Shown: in pieces, positions 63,241 through 64,000 of the stretch
Layout: every line of letters starts with the position of its first letter
How positions within the stretch are numbered: position 1 is the stretch's first letter
From: Lama glama
Lineage: Eukaryota
Assembly (NCBI GenBank): GCA_028534125.1
Contig: CM052820.1
Location: forward strand, 54,436,001-54,500,000
Length of the DNA: 64,000 nt
Direction of reading: 5' to 3'
Translations under genes and position numbers: made by a program
Notes under the pieces: model-generated
Database searches by the model: none
What the model was told of the DNA's origin: nothing
Seen by the model: only the letters and a program-made list of their open reading frames with translations

Positions 63241-64000
63241 CTTTAAAACTCATTTTGAGCGCCCTGATAAAAGGTGGAAGTTAAGGACATGTGGATAAGG
63301 ACAAGTAGGAAGGCAAGGTGATCTGCTGACTATGAGGTAGGAGGTGGAGGGACATGATGAGTCTAATAAATACTCAGTGCTTTGAGATATAAGAGAAACT
63401 GACTGGGGGCACCTTAGGAGGATGGCAATTAGGGGCAGCCAGGTTTGAGAACACACAGGTTTGTCATTTTTTCCAAAACTTCTTTAAAAGTGTTCAGATG
63501 TTTTGAAAAAAAATGGAATATGAAGTAAAGGATATGGGAGGAAAATGGTTAACAGTCCAGGCCACCAAAAAAAAAAAAAAAGCTGAAATAATGGAGCAAA
63601 TGTAAAGGATGGAAACTTAAGTAAAGACAAGAAGTGAGTGCTGTGTTGGGGAAAACAAGAGGATGCGGTTAAAAAAAGTGGGTAGGGGGAAGAAGGAAGT
63701 AGAAGGAAAAGGGGAAACTTGATATTTCAGTAGTAGAGCTGCATTAGTTTATAAAACTCTTCTGGGTGAAGCTGTGTACACAAGCAGCTAAATGAAGTGG
63801 AGGTAAGGATGTGAATGGAACAGAAGACTTTAGGACAAAGGTGCTCAAAGAAATACGAGGCTAATGGTGCAATGAGCCAACACAATGCTACTGACATCAT
63901 GGTTTGGTGGGAAATGCTGGGATGGAAAGAAGATAGAAAACCACTGCTCAAGGTCTTGAATACTGGTGAAATACCAGGAGATTTAGGCAAAAGAGATGAG

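Larger units (their letters stand above)
21259..64000 (-). other. CSRNP3: Long phase-1 CSRNP3 intron; the first coding exon (MSGILKRKF...) is not in the window
   Basis: No ORF matching the CSRNP3 N-terminus appears in the track. The sequence is repeat-rich and intron-like up to the window end. Confidence 0.85.

Noticed and set aside
1-64000. Prokaryote-style systems (CRISPR arrays, operons, defence islands) or a novel multi-gene system
   Set aside because: The window is a spliced mammalian gene with typical eutherian repeats. It has no regularly spaced direct-repeat array and no unexplained long ORF.

Overview
Mammalian genomic DNA, probably camelid (alpaca/camel). It carries Vic-1-type tRNA-derived SINEs and cetartiodactyl-type L1 3' ends, and I saw no Alu, Bov-tA or PRE-1. 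The window holds the 3' part of CSRNP3 (cysteine/serine-rich nuclear protein 3) on the minus strand. There are three coding exons with canonical GT-AG boundaries and consistent phases (21258-20999, 8340-8044, 6046-4994) and about 5 kb of a long 3' UTR with no recognisable repeats and a 208-N assembly gap. More than 42 kb of one phase-1 intron follows; its upstream exon (the one carrying the start codon) lies outside the window. The introns contain ordinary eutherian interspersed repeats (MIR, L2, L3/CR1, L1, MER58A, MER63, MER2, MER82, LTR remnants), several with intact target-site duplications and nesting. All other ORFs in the track are chance, antisense-shadow or degraded-repeat ORFs. I found no evidence of a new multi-gene system. 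The best leads are a composite intronic element at ~27.06-27.45 kb (CpG cluster, four TGACAG motifs, three AGAGTG CSRNP-type sites, and a hairpin-embedded frame-preserving 18-nt microexon candidate), a 21-nt frame-preserving microexon candidate at 38.9 kb, two L1 insertions with apparent micro 3' transductions, and a miR-183/96 seed cluster in the 3' UTR. Repeat family names were assigned from memory of consensus sequences and need RepeatMasker/Dfam confirmation.
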